Of a DNA stretch of 64,000 nt, positions 58,839 to 64,000 are shown piece after piece. The notes beneath the pieces were generated by a model. That model was not told the origin of the DNA. It saw nothing but the letters and a program-made list of their open reading frames with translations, and did not search any database. A program made the position numbers and the translations under genes. The stretch comes from an uncultured delta proteobacterium (GTDB taxonomy: Bacteria > Desulfobacterota > Binatia > DP-6), in assembly GCA_963815115.1 (NCBI GenBank), contig CAWFFN010000009.1, forward strand, positions 1,568,001 through 1,632,000, read 5' to 3'. The first letter of the stretch is position 1, and each line of letters opens with the position of its first letter.

Positions 58839-59363
58839 CGAGTAGTCGGAGCGCCGCAGCGCCAGCTCGCTCACCGTGCCGTTCAGGTAGACGTCGATGA
58901 TGCGCCAGGCGCCGCCCGTCTTCTGCAGGCGGTAGGAGAGCTCGACGTCGTTCGTTCCCGGCGAGACGACCTTCGTCTTCACCAGCTTGCTGTCGTTGAC
59001 GCTCGCGTCCTCGCCCAGGACGTCGAAGCGCTGTCCCGTGAACCGGTCGAAGTTGGCCGCGTAGTTCGCGATCGTGAACTCCGAGAACAAGTCGCGCCAG
59101 CGCGCCTGGTCGGCGGGGCTGAGCGACTTCCACCCGTTGCCGAGCGATTTCTCGGCCATGAAGTCGAAGTCGAAGACCTGGCGCATCACGGGCGCCAGCC
59201 GGTCGAATCGTGCCTGGTAGCCGGCCGCCTCGCCCTGCTTCATCGCGTCGAGCAGGGCGGCGTTCAGCCGGTTCACCACGGCCGTGGCCCCGGTGTCGTC
59301 GGCGCGGGCGACGGCCACCAGGGCGAGCGTGCCGGCGAGCACGAGTCCCCAGCTCCAGCGCAT
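58740..59363 (-). CDS. HpnM/MlaC-family lipid-binding protein
   Basis: RFDRLAPVMRQVFDF, TIANYAANF, WRIIDVYLNGTVSELALRRSDY, which looks closer to the HpnM subtype. Confidence 0.85.
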   Translation of the reverse strand: MRWSWGLVLAGTLALVAVARADDTGATAVVNRLNAALLDAMKQGEAAGYQARFDRLAPVMRQVFDFDFMAEKSLGNGWKSLSPADQARWRDLFSEFTIANYAANFDRFTGQRFDVLGEDASVNDSKLVKTKVVSPGTNDVELSYRLQKTGGAWRIIDVYLNGTVSELALRRSDYSSVLQRDGFDALATLVRGKITDLAAGRGKRERP

Positions 59364-59507
59364 CACCGACACCTCCGCAGTATCCAGAATTCGAGCCCCC
59401 TGCCGATGGTCGCGGACGCTTAGCACACCTTGCGGGGGCGGCGGAACGCCTCCCCGAGTATGGCGTGCCGGCAGCGACCGTCGAGCCTTGTTTCCGGGGG
59501 TGCTCGG

Positions 59508-60446
59508 TCAGGCCGCGCGCGAGGCCGCGAGCGCCAGGACGTCGCGGTAGCCCGGCGCCACGCAGGCGTCGTCGCCGAGGACGTGGCGGTCGCGCAGGAG
59601 GCGATGCATGCGCGCGAGGTTGTAGTGCGGGACCGTCATCAGGAGATGGTGCTCGAGGTGGTAGTTGACGTAGTTCGGAGCGATCAGCAGGCGCTCCCAC
59701 CAGCGTGCCAGCGTGGTGCGCGTGTTTCCGAGATCGGTCGCCGGGTCGAGGATCATGGCGTGCTCGGCGATCGAGCGGATGCGCATCACCAGGCTGTAGG
59801 TGGTGAGCCAGGCGGCCACCCAGAGCAGGTAGAGCACCGGGTGACCGCAGAGGATGAGCAGGCCGAGCAGGACGGCGTTCGTGATCACGACCCCGTGAAG
59901 CGCCTCGAGGCCGGCGTCGAAATTGCGTCGGACCCGGCCGCGCGAGCGACCCAGATCGCGGCGCACCGTCGCGCGGAATCGCTTCCATCCGGTCTGGCCC
60001 GAGAGATCGCGCCAGATCTTCCGGCGAAGGCTCAGCCGGGTGATGGGGAAGGGGTCGGCGAGCCCGAGATCGGGATCTTCCGCTGTCCAGGTCTTGGCGT
60101 GGTGCTGGAGGTGGTAGGGCCGGTAGGGCCGGAGGTCGCTCCAGATCGGAAACGCGCACAGCCAGTTGCCGACCCAGTCGTTCACCCGGCGGTTCTTGAA
60201 GAGCGTGCGATGTGCGGCCTCGTGCATGAGGACGGCGAGCCCGAGCTGCCGCGCGCCGATCACGAAGAGCGCGACGAGCACCGTGAGCGGATTCGGCCAG
60301 CGCGCTACGAGCGCGAACGACAGGCCGACCAGTGTCCAGTTGAACGCGAGCGAGCGCCAGCTCTTCCAGTCCTGCATCTCGAGCAGCGCGCGCATCTCGT
60401 CGCGCGACAGGGCCTCGTGCCAGCGCGGCGCGGAGCCTTCCATCAT
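59508..60446 (-). CDS. Fatty acid desaturase family protein
   Basis: His boxes HEAAH, HLQHH, EH and YHLEHH. Confidence 0.88.
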   Translation of the reverse strand: MMEGSAPRWHEALSRDEMRALLEMQDWKSWRSLAFNWTLVGLSFALVARWPNPLTVLVALFVIGARQLGLAVLMHEAAHRTLFKNRRVNDWVGNWLCAFPIWSDLRPYRPYHLQHHAKTWTAEDPDLGLADPFPITRLSLRRKIWRDLSGQTGWKRFRATVRRDLGRSRGRVRRNFDAGLEALHGVVITNAVLLGLLILCGHPVLYLLWVAAWLTTYSLVMRIRSIAEHAMILDPATDLGNTRTTLARWWERLLIAPNYVNYHLEHHLLMTVPHYNLARMHRLLRDRHVLGDDACVAPGYRDVLALAASRAA

Positions 60447-61294
60447 GCCTTTCCTCCTGCTGCGACACTCTGCCGGAGCTCTGCCGGTGTGCCCTGGCGT
60501 GGAACGACCCCGAAACGAGCGAGGAAGCGTGACCAGCACGCCCGCCCCGCCCGGTCGTAGCGGCGCATGGTCTCGAGCAGCAGCTCGCGCTCCCGCCCGG
60601 GAAGCAGCGCGTCCGGCAGCAGCGGGTCGAGGGCGAGCTGGCGGATGGCGTGTCCCCCGAGCTGGAACGACTCGACCATCGCCCGCGATTCCGGCAGCGC
60701 AGCCAACCGCCGCTCGCTGCGCTCCAGCGCGAGCCGCGCGCTGCGGTAGCCCGCGACCAGCCGGGCCGCCGGCCAGAGGTGCCGTGCTTCCGCGTCGGTG
60801 GCGGCGTCGAGGGAGCCGACGAGGAACACCGGCGCCTCGGGCTCTAGCCCGAGGGCGCGAAGGTGCGAGCGCACCTCGTCCACGCCGCGGGCCAGGTTGT
60901 CGGGTCGCACGGCCAGGCCCGGGCGCAGCTCCCGGAAGCCGAGCCAGTCGAGCGCGCGGGTGCGCCGGCGCAGCCGCGTGCGGTCGCCGCGTCCGAGGCC
61001 GGCGGTGTGCACGCCGAGCCAGCCTCCGCGCCAGGGCTGCATCCGCGCGGCCAGGTCCCGCCACGACGCGATCTGACGGGACACCGCCTCGGCGCGCGGG
61101 CCGAGACGATAGGCCCCGCGCTCGTCACGTGCGATCAGGCCGTCCGAGAGCAGGCGCGCCAGGGTCACGCGGACGCTGTTCTCGCTGATGCCGAAGAGGT
61201 CGCCGGCAGCGACCAGGGCGCGCACCGGCATGGCGCCGCGGGGAAGCGTCGACAGGAGATCGAGCACGAGGTGCCTGACCGTGGGGACTGCCAC
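60443..61294 (-). CDS. PaaX-family transcriptional regulator
   Basis: LVAAGDLFGISENSVRVTLARL, ERGAYRLG, WLGFREL, RPDNL, DPLLPDALL. Confidence 0.85.
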   Translation of the reverse strand: MAVPTVRHLVLDLLSTLPRGAMPVRALVAAGDLFGISENSVRVTLARLLSDGLIARDERGAYRLGPRAEAVSRQIASWRDLAARMQPWRGGWLGVHTAGLGRGDRTRLRRRTRALDWLGFRELRPGLAVRPDNLARGVDEVRSHLRALGLEPEAPVFLVGSLDAATDAEARHLWPAARLVAGYRSARLALERSERRLAALPESRAMVESFQLGGHAIRQLALDPLLPDALLPGRERELLLETMRRYDRAGRACWSRFLARFGVVPRQGTPAELRQSVAAGGKA

Positions 61295-61301
61295 GGTCAG
61301 G

Positions 61302-61331
61302 ACATTACATCCTCTAGTCAGGAAGCGTCAA
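61302..61331 (-). promoter_or_regulatory. Probable promoter giving a leaderless PaaX-like mRNA
   Basis: On the - strand: TTGACG, 18 nt, TAATGT, 7 nt, GTG start; no Shine-Dalgarno sequence. Confidence 0.55.
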
Positions 61332-61371
61332 GCAACGTAAGGTTTGTTCCGCGCGCCTCGCCCGGCCGGGT

Positions 61372-62577
61372 TCACGGGATGACGCCGCGCCCCTTGAGCG
61401 CCCCGATGCGCTCCCAGTCGTAGCCCAGCTCCAGCAGCACCTCCTCCGTGTGCTGTCCACACTCGGGGGACGCGCCGCCCGGTGCCCAGGCGGTGTCGGA
61501 GAAGTCGATCGGGGTCGCGACCATGCGTGCGGTGCCGCCCTCGGCGACCGGCACCTCCACCCAGCAGCCGGCCGCTTCCGCCTGCGGGTCGGCCGTTACC
61601 TCGGTGACGGTCTGCACCGGCGCCCACCACATGCCGGCGCGATCGAATGCCTGGCCCCACTCCGCCAGGGTGCGCGTCGCGAAGATCTCGTCCAGCAGTG
61701 CGACCAGCTCGCCCACGTTCTCGCGCCGCACCCGCATGGTGGCGAAGCGCTCGTCCTCGAGCCACTCCGGACGCTCGATGGCGGACAGGAGATCCGGCCA
61801 GTGGCGCTGGCCCTGGAGGCCGAGCAGCCAGAACCAGCGCTCGTCCTTGGCGCGGTAGGCGCTGATGACGGGATTCGGCGTCGAGGAGCGCGTCATCGGC
61901 GTCGCCGCGAGGCCGAGGCGGAGCGCGGCGTTGGTGTCCCAGCCGAGAACATAGACCCCGACGCGCAGCAGCGACGTCGTGACGAGCTGGCCGCGGCCGG
62001 TCCGCTCGCGCGCGAGCAGCGCGGCCGAGACGCCGCCCGCGAGGGTCATGCCGGCCGTGTGGTCGCCCATGGCGCCGCGCTGGAACGGCGGATCGCCCCC
62101 CGGGGGCGTGAGGGCTGCGGCGATGCCCGAACGCGACCAGAACGCGCCGATGTCGTAGGAGGGCCGGTCGGCATCCGGTCCGTGCATGCCGTAGCCGGTG
62201 ACCAGGCCGTACACGAGACGCGGATTGCGCGCCGCGAGGCGCGGCCAGTCGAGCTCCAGGCGTGCCAGCGCGGCGGGCCGCATGTTGCTGATGAACACAT
62301 CGGCGCGCTCGATCAGGACGTAGGCGACCTCCCGGGCCTCCGCGGTGGCGAGGTTCAGGACGACGCTTCGCTTGCCGCGGTTGTCGAGCTCGAAGGGCGG
62401 GTTCGCGGGCAGCTCGGCGCCGGCGGCGATGAGATAGAGGCCGCGAAACGGGTCCCCGTCGGGCGGCTCGATCTTCACCACGTCGGCACCCCAGTCGGCG
62501 AGCACGGCGCCGGCAGAGGGTCCGGCGACCCACAAGCCGAGCTCGACGACACGGATTCCTTCCAGCGGGCCGGCCAT
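61372..62577 (-). CDS. CaiB/BaiF family III CoA-transferase
   Basis: PLEGIRVVEL, GADVVKIEPPDGDP, NRGKRS, NPRLVY, GQHTEEVL. Confidence 0.93.
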   Translation of the reverse strand: MAGPLEGIRVVELGLWVAGPSAGAVLADWGADVVKIEPPDGDPFRGLYLIAAGAELPANPPFELDNRGKRSVVLNLATAEAREVAYVLIERADVFISNMRPAALARLELDWPRLAARNPRLVYGLVTGYGMHGPDADRPSYDIGAFWSRSGIAAALTPPGGDPPFQRGAMGDHTAGMTLAGGVSAALLARERTGRGQLVTTSLLRVGVYVLGWDTNAALRLGLAATPMTRSSTPNPVISAYRAKDERWFWLLGLQGQRHWPDLLSAIERPEWLEDERFATMRVRRENVGELVALLDEIFATRTLAEWGQAFDRAGMWWAPVQTVTEVTADPQAEAAGCWVEVPVAEGGTARMVATPIDFSDTAWAPGGASPECGQHTEEVLLELGYDWERIGALKGRGVIP

Positions 62578-62589
62578 GGCTTCCTCCTC

Positions 62590-63027
62590 TCAGGGCGCGA
62601 CGGGCGCGTCGTCGCGCAGGAAGAATTTCCCGCTCGAGCGCACCAGGCGCGTCCCCTCGTGGTGGATCTCCGCCTCCACCACCCAGTAGCGCGGGTGCGC
62701 TCGATCGCCGATCGCCGCGACGATCTCGAGCGGCTCCTCGACGGGACACGGGCGCTCGTAGCGCACGGTGAGCTCCCCGGTCATCACCCAGCGGTCGGTG
62801 AGCAGGTTCACCGCAGCGCAGGAGATCTCGTCGAGGATGGTCGCCACGATCCCACCATGCGCAACGCCCGGGGCGCCGTGGAACCGATCGGCGATCGTGT
62901 AACGCGACAGGATCCGCTCGCCCCGCCGGCGAAAGCGCAGCTGCAGTCCTGCCGGGTTCGAGGGCGAGCAGCCGAAGCAGCCGCCGTCCGCGGGAAAGCT
63001 GAGCTCGACGTCTTCGGGCACCGGCAT
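62590..63027 (-). CDS. PaaI-family hotdog thioesterase
   Basis: CFGCSPSNPAGL, HGGIVATILDE. Confidence 0.88.
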   Translation of the reverse strand: MPVPEDVELSFPADGGCFGCSPSNPAGLQLRFRRRGERILSRYTIADRFHGAPGVAHGGIVATILDEISCAAVNLLTDRWVMTGELTVRYERPCPVEEPLEIVAAIGDRAHPRYWVVEAEIHHEGTRLVRSSGKFFLRDDAPVAP

Positions 63028-63038
63028 CGTGCCGAAGC

Positions 63039-63737
63039 CTATGCCCCGGGGCCGCGGGACGAGGCAACCCCCGCGAAGCCCAGGTCGGCCGGTCGCAGCC
63101 CCACCAGCGAGTCGAGCACGACGTCGGCGGCGGCGACGCGCGCCCTGCCGAGCGCCCGATCGGGGACGGCGATCACCTGCATGCCCGCGGCCCGCGCTGC
63201 TTCCACACCCGCGGGCGCGTCCTCCACCGCGACGCAGCGGGCGGCGTCGACCCCGAGCTCGCGCGCGGCGAGCAGGTAGATGTCGGGCGCCGGCTTGCCG
63301 CGACCGACGCGGGGATCGTCGCCGGTGACGACGACGTCGAAGCCGGCGAACCAGCGTCCGTGGCGCTGCGTCTTCAGCTCGTAGAGGGGCCGGGCGGAGC
63401 TCGTCGCGACCGCCAGTGGGACGCCCGCGGCGCGGAGCGCGGCGGTGAGCTGCTGGGCCCCCGGCAGCGCCTCCGCGGTCGGCATGAGGGTGCGGAACAG
63501 TACCTCGCGTTCGCGAAGGTAGTCCTCGGGCGTGATCGGGAGGTCGAGCGCGGCCACCAGGTGGCGCGCCGAATCGCGCGCCGGCCGGCCGATCATGTCG
63601 GCCTTGACCGTCCAGTCGAAGCGCTTCCCGAAGCGGCCCACGATCTGCTGCGTGGCGTCCGTGTAGATCCGTTCGGTGTCGAGCAGGACGCCGTCCATGT
63701 CGAAGACGACGGCGGCGACGGGGCGCGGCAGCAGCAC
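63039..63737 (-). CDS. HAD-family phosphatase (HDHD1-like)
   Basis: VFDMDGVLLDTE, VATSS, GKPAPDIY, VEDAPAG. Confidence 0.88.
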   Translation of the reverse strand: MLLPRPVAAVVFDMDGVLLDTERIYTDATQQIVGRFGKRFDWTVKADMIGRPARDSARHLVAALDLPITPEDYLREREVLFRTLMPTAEALPGAQQLTAALRAAGVPLAVATSSARPLYELKTQRHGRWFAGFDVVVTGDDPRVGRGKPAPDIYLLAARELGVDAARCVAVEDAPAGVEAARAAGMQVIAVPDRALGRARVAAADVVLDSLVGLRPADLGFAGVASSRGPGA

Positions 63738-63744
63738 CGGCCGC

Positions 63745-64000
63745 TCACCGCCCGGTCCAGACCGGTCGTCGCCGCTCGAGGAAGGCGCGCTGCGCCTCGC
63801 GAGCGTCGTCGCTGCGGCGGAGCGGCCGGCCGAGCTCCTCCTGCCGGCGGTAGGCCTCGGCAAGCGGCAGCGGGAGAAGCTCGCGCACGCCCCGCCAGGT
63901 CGCTCGCACCGCCAGCGGCGCGTTGGCGGCGATGGCGTCTGCGGTCTCGAGCGCCGTCTCCATCAGATCGTCGGGCAGGACGATGGCGTTCACCAGCCCG
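63745..64000 (-). CDS. Enoyl-CoA hydratase C-terminus; 5' part outside the window
   Basis: IAANAPLAVRA...DAREAQRAFLERRRPVWTGR. Confidence 0.8.
   Translation of the reverse strand, partial: GLVNAIVLPDDLMETALETADAIAANAPLAVRATWRGVRELLPLPLAEAYRRQEELGRPLRRSDDAREAQRAFLERRRPVWTGR

Noticed and set aside
1-64000. tRNA, rRNA, prophage or integrase
   Set aside because: No recognisable signatures seen by eye; intergenic spaces are short.

Overview
Very GC-rich, gene-dense bacterial chromosome segment. The gene content (hopanoid genes, many Cys-rich secreted proteins with TSP3 and myxobacterial-type repeats, LLM and amidohydrolase enzymes) suggests a deltaproteobacteria-like lineage such as Candidatus Binatia; this is inference only. 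Main blocks: (i) a truncated beta-propeller gene divergent from a DUF1800/DUF1501 pair; (ii) a decayed mobile patch at about 7.7-11.35 kb with IS30 remnants, an IS630-type element with intact ends, a truncated MFS gene and a frameshifted secreted protein; (iii) lipid and acyl-CoA enzymes; (iv) an operon interleaving mevalonate genes with hopanoid genes (HMG-CoA reductase, shc, HMG-CoA synthase, hpnD, hpnE, hpnH), preceded by a strong palindrome and facing a complete mlaFEDAC-type transporter; (v) a MEDS-PAS-GAF hybrid kinase divergent from three tandem secreted proteins that share a TSP3 repeat and an unrecognised ~145-aa C-terminal domain ending in -CREF, the best candidate for an undescribed system; (vi) hpnK, an Ltp2-like/DUF35 pair, catabolic enzymes, a second mlaA/mlaC(hpnM) pair and a PaaX-desaturase unit. 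Several single-base frameshifts may be assembly errors. No rRNA, tRNA or CRISPR array was seen. All family calls come from motif recognition by eye, not database searches.
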